From an uncultured Candidatus Saccharibacteria bacterium (GTDB lineage: Bacteria; Patescibacteriota; Minisyncoccia; Minisyncoccales; JAGMDC01), in NCBI GenBank assembly GCA_964615205.1, contig CAZTQA010000002.1, positions 1 to 51,285 of the forward strand: a stretch of DNA of 51,285 nt. The letters are read 5' to 3'. Below, one piece after another: positions 35,575-45,093 of this stretch; the first letter of the stretch is position 1; the number at the start of each line of letters is the position of its first letter. The notes beneath the pieces are model-generated. The model ran no database searches, was not told the DNA's origin, and was given only the letters and a program-made list of their open reading frames with translations. The translations under genes were made by a program, and so were the position numbers.

Positions 35575-36733
35575 ACTTCTTATTTAAAACAATATTTATA
35601 ATTTTTAACATTTTTTCAAATCTTTTCTCCCAGGTATTTTCTTGGGCAAGCTTTTTATATCTCTCCTTGTCTTTTTTCCTTAAAGCTTCAGCCAGAAAAT
35701 GGCTAAATTCTTTTTTATCCTGTGCCATAAAGATAACATCTTGGAGTTCTTTTAGATCTTCGAAAAAAGAACTCACTACTGGCAATCCGGCTGCAAGATA
35801 TTCGTATAACTTTACCGGGTTAATCGATCTGCTTAGGTTGTCTATTCTAAAGGGTATTATGCCAACATCAGAGTTTATTAGATATGAAGGCACTTCATCA
35901 TAAGGAATCCCCCCCAGGATATAAATGTTTTTATATGATTTAAGGTCAGACATATTTATACTGGAAGGCCCTATTACTATAAAATTTAATTTTGGATTTT
36001 GAAAGGCGCAAAATTTAATTAAATCTTTATCAAACCAACTGCTTATGGTCCCAATATAAATTATTCTGGGCTTGGGTATATTTTTAAACTCATCAGGAAA
36101 AGAAATATTTTGGGAAGTAAAGCGAGCAGATTCTACGCCATTAGGCAAATAATGGATTTTTTTATTATAAGATAGCTCTAAATCTTTTTTTATTTTTTTG
36201 GCTGTAACAAAAACAATATCTGCTTTATTTATTAATTCCTTTTCTTTCTTTAATAATGATTTGGGATAACCTTTAAAATACTGATAATCATCAGTTTTGC
36301 GATAAATTAACAATTTATAGTTCACAAACTCTGCTAATTGATAAAGATATAATTCGCTTATCAATAATATATCAACATTTAAAAATCCTTTTTTTCTAAG
36401 TATATTCTTAATATCCGGCAAAGTGTAGTTAAGGGTATTGTCAATAAAAAATTGGTTTTTCATTAAAGGAAGGTTTTTAAGGGGGAAAAAAGAAAAAGGA
36501 ACATATTCTTCCAAATAATTGTTTATTTTTATCCCCCCCTTAGCCCATACTTTAAATCTGTTCAATGTGTGTTTTTTGTTTTGGAAATTAAAAAGATGAA
36601 ACAAAGAGACGGGCGGACTTAAATAAAAAGTATCTATTCCTTTTTGACTGAACAATCTTGAGTATTGATGACCCCCTACTCGGGAAACATTTCCTGTGAT
36701 TATAGAATTTTCGGCCATTAAAATCTTATTCAT
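35552..36733 (-). CDS. GT4-like glycosyltransferase (TuaH-like)
   Basis: LPNGV, PRIIYIG, DVGIIPF, NPVKLYEYLAAGLPVV. Confidence 0.88.
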   Translation of the reverse strand: MNKILMAENSIITGNVSRVGGHQYSRLFSQKGIDTFYLSPPVSLFHLFNFQNKKHTLNRFKVWAKGGIKINNYLEEYVPFSFFPLKNLPLMKNQFFIDNTLNYTLPDIKNILRKKGFLNVDILLISELYLYQLAEFVNYKLLIYRKTDDYQYFKGYPKSLLKKEKELINKADIVFVTAKKIKKDLELSYNKKIHYLPNGVESARFTSQNISFPDEFKNIPKPRIIYIGTISSWFDKDLIKFCAFQNPKLNFIVIGPSSINMSDLKSYKNIYILGGIPYDEVPSYLINSDVGIIPFRIDNLSRSINPVKLYEYLAAGLPVVSSFFEDLKELQDVIFMAQDKKEFSHFLAEALRKKDKERYKKLAQENTWEKRFEKMLKIINIVLNKKYANSENH

Positions 36734-38120
36734 GGTTTTTGTTTTTTAGATAAAAATATTTAAGATTCTTAGAAAAATAATACATAATAAATGCCATGAT
36801 AAACAATAAATAATAATCCACCGCTCCCCACATTAAAAGAATATTTAAATCAGTGAACACTGCACGTGCCCATCCGACCATTAAGATAATATAAAGTGAT
36901 AAAGTAATGGCATTTTTTTTAAAATACTTTATGAATAAAATATTCATGGTTTGAATTACTATAGCTGCTATAATCAAGGATAATATCGCTCCCAGCCAGC
37001 CAAAGTTCGCGTAAGCATCTCCAAAAAATATTGTATTCATACCTAAAAACGTTTTGGCTTCCACCGATTCAGGAACTAAATATCTCGCCATTTGCTCGCC
37101 AACAAAAACAGGTTTGAAAGGTAAAATTCCTCCTGGATTAACAAAACCCTTACCATAAAGAAAATCCAAATTTTCAGGATACAAATTTAGAATATGGTAA
37201 AGCCCTCCTATCTGATTTAAAAAAATTCTTTCTGAAATTACTTTTATCACAAAAGAAGGCTCCTCAGTGAAGACTCCAAATAAAATGAAGATTACGGGAA
37301 TAATAATAACTAATCCGATTAAAATATATCTGAAATACAGCTTTTTAATACTCTTTTTCAACGATGCCCATTTTTGATAATCTAAGAAAAATTTAATTAA
37401 AATCAACTCCATAAAGAAAATTATAATTCTAGCTTTAGTTCCCGGAATTGACACAATAAATAAAGTTAAAATAAAAAGTGAAATAAATAGAATTTTCCAT
37501 TTCCAGGTTTTTTTAAGATAGGCATAAATAAAAGAAATGTAGGTACTGAATTTTAAAAGCATAGTCCCAAATATTAGCCAATGTATATTTTCCAAAACAT
37601 CAATTGTAATTATTCTCCCTTTCACATATTCTACTTGGGATTTAAAAGCCGAAAAAATAGGAAAGGAAAAGTCCTGTCCTCTTATTTGTAATAGAATAAG
37701 CCCAACAAGCATTAATCCTAAAAACAAATTAATACACAAAAAAGGCAAAAAGAAACTCTCTTCTGAAGAAACAATCTTCTCTATTGGTTTTTCTAGGAAA
37801 TATTCTGTATCTTTTTTGGGGGAAAACTTAAGAATATTCTGTACTATAGACATAACGAGACCAATAATTATAAATCCTCCTCCAACTAAGAAGAATTGCT
37901 TTAAAAGAATCTCCTCATCAACAGAAAACTTATTTTCTAAATAAGGCAAGTAAACTTTAATGGCAAAAAGAAAACTTCCAACGAAAGCGAAAATTAGATA
38001 GTAAAAATAAAAAAAAGAAGTAAGAGAAGGATAGAATATTCTACCGGCTAATTTTCTATATAATAAAAAAGAAGCCACGAAAGCAAACAAACCAAATAAT
38101 AAAATTAAAATCGAGAGCAT
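36726..38120 (-). CDS. O-antigen/polysaccharide polymerase Wzy-like membrane protein
   Basis: Many TM helices, 'GDAYANFGWLG' motif, position within a polysaccharide locus. Confidence 0.75.
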   Translation of the reverse strand: MLSILILLFGLFAFVASFLLYRKLAGRIFYPSLTSFFYFYYLIFAFVGSFLFAIKVYLPYLENKFSVDEEILLKQFFLVGGGFIIIGLVMSIVQNILKFSPKKDTEYFLEKPIEKIVSSEESFFLPFLCINLFLGLMLVGLILLQIRGQDFSFPIFSAFKSQVEYVKGRIITIDVLENIHWLIFGTMLLKFSTYISFIYAYLKKTWKWKILFISLFILTLFIVSIPGTKARIIIFFMELILIKFFLDYQKWASLKKSIKKLYFRYILIGLVIIIPVIFILFGVFTEEPSFVIKVISERIFLNQIGGLYHILNLYPENLDFLYGKGFVNPGGILPFKPVFVGEQMARYLVPESVEAKTFLGMNTIFFGDAYANFGWLGAILSLIIAAIVIQTMNILFIKYFKKNAITLSLYIILMVGWARAVFTDLNILLMWGAVDYYLLFIMAFIMYYFSKNLKYFYLKNKNHE

Positions 38121-39049
38121 AATTTATTTAAAATTAAAGGAAATAAATAAAAATAATTATATGTCTGGAAAAAAGTGGAATGGAATTTAATTTTTTCATC
38201 GCTCTGGATATGATCATCTTTAATGCCAATTATATTTATACATAGATCTTTAGAAACAGTTATCCATTGGTTTCTTGTTGAAATATGAATAATTTTTAAT
38301 CCTAATGATTGGAAAATTTTTGCCAGCGATTCTTCAGAAAAGAAGTTCAAATGAGTTATTGGATCCTTCAAATTCCTGTATTCGTAAAAAACACCTAATG
38401 GCACTTCAACATAGATTAATCCTTTCGGAGAAAGATGATTAATTGCTTCTTTTAAAAAAGCAAAAGGATGGATTACGTGTTCTAAAGTATGCAGAATCAA
38501 TATTACATCAAAAAAATCATTATTTTCTAAACTACTAAAATCATGACCGACATAATTTATTCCCTCCTTGTATTTTTCCCATTTCTCATAATCTAAAATA
38601 TAAGCTTTGTTATTTTCTAAAAAAGGATACAGATTATATCCCCAGGAACCTCCGTAATCTAAAACCTTTTTATTTTCTAAATTTCCAGGAAAATGCTGTT
38701 TTATTAATTTATATATTCTCAAAGCCCGCTTTTCTAAATTTTGAGGCGGATTAAGAGAGTATCTTAATTTTACATCTCCTAACTCGTTGGTAACTTCATA
38801 TTTGGTTTTTATCTCTTCCTCGTTTAATCTCGGATTCAAAAAAACAAAGCCGCAATCTTCACAAATCATTATTTTAAACTCAATGGGGTTCTTGATTTTT
38901 AGTATCTTATCAAATAATATCCAAAGCCTCACATAAGAAATATTTTTAAGATTGTTCTGTATATCATTGCCCGGATGAGCAAACTGGAACTTTTTCTTTG
39001 TTCTTATATTTAATTTTCCGCAGCAAGGGCAACTGTTTACTTCTCTCAT
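38105..39049 (-). CDS. SAM-dependent methyltransferase with N-terminal Cys-rich zinc-binding region
   Basis: CPCC..C.DCG.VF.NP, VLDYGG..G, FDVI...H.LEHV..P, H.NFF. Confidence 0.85.
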   Translation of the reverse strand: MREVNSCPCCGKLNIRTKKKFQFAHPGNDIQNNLKNISYVRLWILFDKILKIKNPIEFKIMICEDCGFVFLNPRLNEEEIKTKYEVTNELGDVKLRYSLNPPQNLEKRALRIYKLIKQHFPGNLENKKVLDYGGSWGYNLYPFLENNKAYILDYEKWEKYKEGINYVGHDFSSLENNDFFDVILILHTLEHVIHPFAFLKEAINHLSPKGLIYVEVPLGVFYEYRNLKDPITHLNFFSEESLAKIFQSLGLKIIHISTRNQWITVSKDLCINIIGIKDDHIQSDEKIKFHSTFFQTYNYFYLFPLILNKLCSRF

Positions 39050-39054
39050 AATTT

Positions 39055-42033
39055 TTAAACTCTTTTGATTTTTGTTTCAAAATGAGTTTTATTTTTTATT
39101 TCTAAATCCCCTTCCGTTCTTTTTGTAATTATCTTTTTCCCATAAAAAGAAGAATAATAGCCGGGACTTTGCCTTAGTTGTATCTTATTATTCTCAATTA
39201 TAATTTCTTTTTTCTTTAAGTAGGGGCTAAGATTAAAATTTATTTTCGCAATATGTCTCTTTTTTGCAGCTAAAGTATCTTTGATAATTAAAGAACCACT
39301 ATCTTTGTTAAAAATTAATTTTCGGCGATGAACCACCGGATCCTTGAATCTTGCATACCCAATATGCTCAACATTTAAATTATCATATTTCTGGTTCGTT
39401 TTCCATTCCAGTATTTTAGTTCGGGCATCGTTTTTAAGGAGGAACAATTCGTTTCCAACAAGCCTATTCTGTTCTTGATTATCTATGACTATTGTATTGT
39501 GGAAAGCAGTAGAACGAAATTTATTCCTCCATTCGGAATAAGCTGTATAAACATAGGTCCCAGGATCAACAATCACATCTTTATTGTTTATCATTAGCTC
39601 AAAAGAAAGTTTGTCATTATGGCAATGCCCTCCTCTCCCTTCTTGACCATTAGGACCGCAGGAAACCAGACAATAATTTTTGTTTTTCCTCATTACATAC
39701 CAACCACTATCAGGAAATGCCTTGCTTTTAATGTCTTTAAGAGTTGTCTCTTTTAATTTTTTCCAGGCATCATACCCTTTCCTTCCAAAAACCCACAAAG
39801 CTTCTTGATTAAAACCGAATTCTTTTATTTTAAACCTCGGATCTTGGAAAAAAATCGCCCCCATCGTCAAAAGGTATCTCATGTCAGAGATCTCCCGTCC
39901 CCCAAAAATATGTAGTCTTCCATTGTCATTGTCTCCGATTTGGGGCATTTTTCCGTTCGGCTTTAGAAGATATAGAAGCGCCTCAAACATTTTATATAAT
40001 CTTTCCGTATATTCTCTGCCAAAAATCTTTTCTGAATTTTCATTATTCACAGCCACCAGCAAGGTACTGAAAAAAAATAACTCTAATACTAAACGATGAT
40101 AATAAGTGGAAGCTTCAAAATCACAGCCATCTGAATAAACTTGTTTTTTCATCTCTTTTTTAAGTTCCTTAATTCCAAAATTCAACCATTTTTGACCTTT
40201 CTTAGTATTTTTAAAGAACACTCCCAAATAAACTAGTCCTACAACGTCAGAGAGATAATGATTTGAAGAAAAACTTTTCCAGCTTTTTTCTAAATTTTTT
40301 TCAATATATTTTCCATGAGAAAATAAATTATTAGAAAATTCATTTATGAATTCGCTGCTAATTTTTTTTGAATTCTGAAAAAAATAAAATCCTTTAATCC
40401 AGTTACAGGCGCGTATGGCCACATCCATAGTGCATTTCCAATTAACTCCATATCCTACGGGATTTTCTTTAGTCCAGTCTTTTATTTGTCTGACAAATTC
40501 TTTTGTATATCTTTCGTCTTTTGTTAACCAGTAAGCCTGCCCTAAGGCAATTAAATGCTGAAATCTTGATAATTCCCAGGGGACTTTCACGTCCACTCCT
40601 TCTTTATCACCATATTTAATCTTGCAAGAAGGAATCTTAGAATTCCAGCAATAATTAGATTTAAAGTCGCAATGCCAGTTAATTTTCGGTCCCAAATTTA
40701 TCTTTCCCGAACCTAATAAATCAAAATTGTGTCTTAAAAAATCTTTTCCCTCTTGCGTAATTTCTTTTGACTTTTTGGGAAAACTTTTCTTGAGAATATT
40801 TATTATTTCTTCTCTGTTGATGAATTTTTTTGAATTCAAAATTCCTAATATTTTCCGAGTATTCTCCTTCCAGGTGTATTTCTGAATTACTTCTTTTCTG
40901 GCATTTATGCTTAATCTGTTTCTTAATTGTTTATTTCTGCTCAACTCCAATATGGCCCGAACCAGCTCTTTTATATTTTCTGGCTGAACCAAAATTGCTG
41001 TTTTCTTGCTTAAAACCTCGCCAATCTGGCCTAAATTGCTGGCGATAATAGCTTTATTCATAGCCATATATTCAAAAATCTTTGTTGGAGAACCGAAAAA
41101 ATTCTTTTTATCTGCCTGGAAACAATGGGGCGACACTAAAATATCGCAGACAGCTAAATAATATTGGATTTCTGAATAAGGAATTTCTCCCGTAAATATA
41201 ACATTGGCATAATGCCCTATTTTTCTTTCTACTTCCTTTTTTAAGGGGCCGTCTCCTATTAACAAAAAAACTATATCATTGCTGAATACAGATTTCTTTC
41301 TATTAATTTCATCTATTGCTTCTGCTAATTGCAGCACACCGTGCCAAGAACCGAACGTTCCGGAAAAACCGATTATTATTTTATCCCGGCTTATTATTAA
41401 TTTATTTTTTAAAACTTTCGTTTTATTGCTTTTATTTATTTTGGGATTGAATTTCTCCAAATCAACTCCATTGGGATTAACTAATATTTTTTCTTCTGGA
41501 ATGCCCAACTTTAACAAATCTTCTTTTAATGGTTTAGAGACAACTACAATCAAATCAGCATTATCCAAGTTATAATCTTCTATCCTTTCAATAATGGGAT
41601 ACAGGAGATATTTTTTAAAAAATATTTTCCAAAAACTCCTTTTGTTTCCCCAGTAGGTAAACTGCCAGGTTCCAAAACTGTTAAATTCAAGAACTAAGGG
41701 TATGTTTATTTTTTTAGCTATTTTAGCTACAAAAAAAGTATAATTTGTATATCTATGATATATAAAATCTGGTTTAAACTTTAGGATTTCTTTTTTAAAT
41801 TTTTTTCCGGCGTAAAAATTATAAAAAAGTTCTCCTAAAAAAGCTGGTTTTTTTATTTTAGGCTCAATAATGGAATAATCAAAACTATTTATCCCTAAGA
41901 ATTTCTCATTACTTACGACTTTTAATTGACAATCATTCTGTTTAAAACCACTGAGAACTCCAATAGTATGGCCGACTGAACCTCCACTTTTTAAATTAAA
42001 CCAAAATTGTGTTCGTGCATAAAGAATTTTCAT
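39055..42033 (-). CDS. Fusion of GT4 glycosyltransferase and heparinase II/III-like domain
   Basis: N-half: NPNGVD, FFGSPTKIFEYMA; C-half: DVKVPWELSRFQHL, NHYLSD, DFEASTYYH, IGDNDNG, GHCHND.LSF, VDPGTY.Y, RST..HNT. Confidence 0.85.
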   Translation of the reverse strand: MKILYARTQFWFNLKSGGSVGHTIGVLSGFKQNDCQLKVVSNEKFLGINSFDYSIIEPKIKKPAFLGELFYNFYAGKKFKKEILKFKPDFIYHRYTNYTFFVAKIAKKINIPLVLEFNSFGTWQFTYWGNKRSFWKIFFKKYLLYPIIERIEDYNLDNADLIVVVSKPLKEDLLKLGIPEEKILVNPNGVDLEKFNPKINKSNKTKVLKNKLIISRDKIIIGFSGTFGSWHGVLQLAEAIDEINRKKSVFSNDIVFLLIGDGPLKKEVERKIGHYANVIFTGEIPYSEIQYYLAVCDILVSPHCFQADKKNFFGSPTKIFEYMAMNKAIIASNLGQIGEVLSKKTAILVQPENIKELVRAILELSRNKQLRNRLSINARKEVIQKYTWKENTRKILGILNSKKFINREEIINILKKSFPKKSKEITQEGKDFLRHNFDLLGSGKINLGPKINWHCDFKSNYCWNSKIPSCKIKYGDKEGVDVKVPWELSRFQHLIALGQAYWLTKDERYTKEFVRQIKDWTKENPVGYGVNWKCTMDVAIRACNWIKGFYFFQNSKKISSEFINEFSNNLFSHGKYIEKNLEKSWKSFSSNHYLSDVVGLVYLGVFFKNTKKGQKWLNFGIKELKKEMKKQVYSDGCDFEASTYYHRLVLELFFFSTLLVAVNNENSEKIFGREYTERLYKMFEALLYLLKPNGKMPQIGDNDNGRLHIFGGREISDMRYLLTMGAIFFQDPRFKIKEFGFNQEALWVFGRKGYDAWKKLKETTLKDIKSKAFPDSGWYVMRKNKNYCLVSCGPNGQEGRGGHCHNDKLSFELMINNKDVIVDPGTYVYTAYSEWRNKFRSTAFHNTIVIDNQEQNRLVGNELFLLKNDARTKILEWKTNQKYDNLNVEHIGYARFKDPVVHRRKLIFNKDSGSLIIKDTLAAKKRHIAKINFNLSPYLKKKEIIIENNKIQLRQSPGYYSSFYGKKIITKRTEGDLEIKNKTHFETKIKRV

Positions 42034-42073
42034 ATTTTTCTTATTCTTAATGTCTTGCTTGGGAAACTAATGC

Positions 42074-42808
42074 TCATCTCTTATTTTGTGCCAAAATGAT
42101 CATTCCGGTAATTCCTCTTTCTGCCATAGTAAAGTTCGTTAAAGATTGACAAACACTAACTAAAACTTTTAATGACAGAAGGTAACGAACAAGCTTTTTG
42201 AAAACACTCCTATCTAAAATAAGTAGTTTTCTTTCAAAAAAAGAATAAATTTTAGCATAACGATATTCAACTTTCTTAATTAGAAAAAAATCATCTATAA
42301 GATTATAAAATTCATCTATCTTAAAATAAGGAGGTTTATTTATGTTCACTGATATTAATAGAAAACCATCTTCTTTTAATATTCTCTTTATCTCTTTCAG
42401 AGCCTTAATCCTATCTTCTTTTTCCAGATAATAAAGAACTTCTAAAACTAATACTATATTAAAAGAATCATTTTTGAACTCTTCTAAATTTGGCAGGGCT
42501 CCCACTCTAAATTTAATTCCGCTATTTCTATATTTAAGATCAGCTCTTCTGATAGCTTCTTCTGAAATGTCAATAGCATAAATTTCTCTTAGCTGAAGTA
42601 GTTCTTTTAATTGAACTGTAAAATCTCCTAATGCACAACCTATATCTAAAATCCTTAAGTTTTTTTTCTTAAATCTATTTAATAATTTTAGATATTGACA
42701 GTATCTATCTTGCTGCGATATACGCCAATTATGTCTCCAAGGATCATCTATAGATGAGTTGAAAAATAGTTCCTCAAAATACTCTTTTTTACCCCATTTT
42801 GCTTTCAT
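42074..42808 (-). CDS. Class I SAM-dependent methyltransferase (NodS-like)
   Basis: DDPW N-terminal motif, ILDIGCA.G, DIS..A, EVLYYL. Confidence 0.82.
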   Translation of the reverse strand: MKAKWGKKEYFEELFFNSSIDDPWRHNWRISQQDRYCQYLKLLNRFKKKNLRILDIGCALGDFTVQLKELLQLREIYAIDISEEAIRRADLKYRNSGIKFRVGALPNLEEFKNDSFNIVLVLEVLYYLEKEDRIKALKEIKRILKEDGFLLISVNINKPPYFKIDEFYNLIDDFFLIKKVEYRYAKIYSFFERKLLILDRSVFKKLVRYLLSLKVLVSVCQSLTNFTMAERGITGMIILAQNKR

Positions 42809-42816
42809 AAATAAAT

Positions 42817-44076
42817 CTATTGTGCTATTTTGTATTTTTGATAATAAAAAATACATAATAAGAAGTAAATGAATGTGCCCATTATACTAGCAATTGCTGC
42901 ACCTATTGCTCCCCATAATGGAATCAGTATAATATTACCAAGAAAATTAACCCCACCCATCACAAATGACATCTTTTTCAACCACTCTCCCTTTCTATGG
43001 GCTTTTAAGAACATATTGTAGGGCTGATACATTCCCTGGAAGAAACCTGCTAAAGCAAGGGGTAAAATTAATGGAACTGCTAATAAGTACTCATTGGAAA
43101 ATAGAATAACAATGATAAATCTACTCAATGATATCAACCCAATAACACAAGTAATTAACCATAGAAAATTAAAAAAAATAACTTTTCGAGGGATTCTATT
43201 CCTATCAGCAAATCCTTTAAACAAACTCATTGAAAATGCTTGAGATAATAAAACCATCGGAGTTGTCAAAATCACTGCCAAGTTATAAAAACCCACCCAG
43301 AGAGTATTTACAAAATAAGAAATGAATATCTTGTCTAACTGGTAAGTAGAGACATCGACTATCCTTCCAGAATAAACATGAATTCCATATTCCTTTGTTT
43401 CTTTCCATATCAATCTAAAATTTTCTCTAAGATTATTAAATTTTGGTTTCAAACTATATATAACTAAACATACAGTAAAAATAATACCAGTAAGATCTAA
43501 TACTAAAACAAGGAAAATGTCTAATTTGAAAAAACTAATTACTGCTAAAAGACCAAATAGATACCATAATTTTGGTATAATATTAGCTGCTGCCATCTTT
43601 TTAATCTCGTTTGCTCCCTGGCAGATTTGCTGAAACATATATTGGAAAGGAAGAATAGCAGCTAAAATTGAAATAAGTCTTAGAATATTTCCAGTAGAGG
43701 TATGAAAAATAGAATCTATAAAGAAACTAAAAACATAAAGAACGAGAAAAAAACTTAATGAAATTACAATTGTAATAATAGTTAAAGCACCAATTAAATC
43801 TTGATCTTTTCTTTTGTCTTTAGATACCGCTAATAATCTTGCTCCAGTAGAAAAAAAACCAAATTCAAAAAATAGAGCCATAAAACTTATAACAGTTAAA
43901 ATGAATACTAATATCCCATATTTTTCTGGTCCCAGGATTCTGGTCAAAATAGGAATAACTATAAATCCAAAAGCCATAGCCAAAATTTGAGAGCCGTAGA
44001 GAATTCCAGTTTGTTTCGCCGTTTTGGTTTTAGCTAAATTAGCAAAACCATTTATTAATTTGTGAGTATTAATCAT
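42817..44076 (-). CDS. Wzx flippase / polysaccharide biosynthesis transporter
   Basis: R.LGPE.YG motif, about 12 TM helices, 'LIP.WG..GAAIA'. Confidence 0.88.
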   Translation of the reverse strand: MINTHKLINGFANLAKTKTAKQTGILYGSQILAMAFGFIVIPILTRILGPEKYGILVFILTVISFMALFFEFGFFSTGARLLAVSKDKRKDQDLIGALTIITIVISLSFFLVLYVFSFFIDSIFHTSTGNILRLISILAAILPFQYMFQQICQGANEIKKMAAANIIPKLWYLFGLLAVISFFKLDIFLVLVLDLTGIIFTVCLVIYSLKPKFNNLRENFRLIWKETKEYGIHVYSGRIVDVSTYQLDKIFISYFVNTLWVGFYNLAVILTTPMVLLSQAFSMSLFKGFADRNRIPRKVIFFNFLWLITCVIGLISLSRFIIVILFSNEYLLAVPLILPLALAGFFQGMYQPYNMFLKAHRKGEWLKKMSFVMGGVNFLGNIILIPLWGAIGAAIASIMGTFIYFLLCIFYYQKYKIAQ

Positions 44077-45080
44077 AATTCTGTATGATTATTTCTAGTT
44101 TGTGTGATTGATAAATGCTGACCAATAAAATCCCTTATTGATCCCACCTCTATTTTTTTACCAGAATCAATTAAATTTTTGAGTAAGGAAATTGTCTTTT
44201 TAATATTATGATAATATTCTGTAGGATGACCACTCTCATCAAAAATTTCTTTACTGTGCCAAATAAAAGTTAATATTCTAAAATGATTGTTAAAATATGT
44301 ATATTTAATAAAATTTTTAATGATTTTTACATTTTTTGCATCAAACCTGAAAAAAGAAGAATTGAAATTATTATTTGTTTTTATAATAGTAGTAATAGGT
44401 AACTCAATGATTTTAGCATTCCCAGGGGTGCTAAAATCATTATAATCGGGATGATACCAGTTTAGATAAGGGGCTTTACTAAAATCAAATTTTGCTTGAT
44501 GAAGATTATTTGCGCCTGGCATTACGCTTGAATCCACTATAAATCCTTCTTCTTCAAGTATGTTGATTATCTTTTCCGCCCTACCTACTGAATAGCCCCC
44601 AGCTCGAAAAGCTATGATTTCTTTATTGGTAAGACTGGCCAAAAGTTCTTTCCCTTCTCTGATCATTTTTCTAATTTGTTGTTTTGAGTAGTAAGAAAGA
44701 TCTGGATTTTTTTCTGGATTAATTAAAGCGGGATGGAGATGGAGTTCAATATCTTGTCCGCCCTCCACTAAAATTTTAATAAGATAAGAGGGGCTATCTT
44801 TTTCATTCTGGAAAATCTTTATCTCTGGGTAATTAATAAAAAAAGTAGCTCGCCAGCCATATTGTTCTAGAAGTTCATTTAATTCTAAACAACTTTGATA
44901 GAAATTAATGTGATAATATCTTTTTTCAATTTCAATTTTATTTCTGAATTTGCTTTCGCAATCAATAGTTAAGCAAATAAAAAGAGGTTCCGAACGTGGC
45001 TTTATGACCTGAAATAACATCCAAAATAAAGTTTGAATCCTAATTCTAGTTAAATAAAAGTACCTGATTATCTTTTTCAT
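44073..45080 (-). CDS. Polysaccharide deacetylase-family protein
   Basis: LTID.E, ATFF, ELHLH, FRAG.Y, DSS, ELPI. Confidence 0.82.
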   Translation of the reverse strand: MKKIIRYFYLTRIRIQTLFWMLFQVIKPRSEPLFICLTIDCESKFRNKIEIEKRYYHINFYQSCLELNELLEQYGWRATFFINYPEIKIFQNEKDSPSYLIKILVEGGQDIELHLHPALINPEKNPDLSYYSKQQIRKMIREGKELLASLTNKEIIAFRAGGYSVGRAEKIINILEEEGFIVDSSVMPGANNLHQAKFDFSKAPYLNWYHPDYNDFSTPGNAKIIELPITTIIKTNNNFNSSFFRFDAKNVKIIKNFIKYTYFNNHFRILTFIWHSKEIFDESGHPTEYYHNIKKTISLLKNLIDSGKKIEVGSIRDFIGQHLSITQTRNNHTEL

Positions 45081-45093
45081 TTCTATTTTAAAA

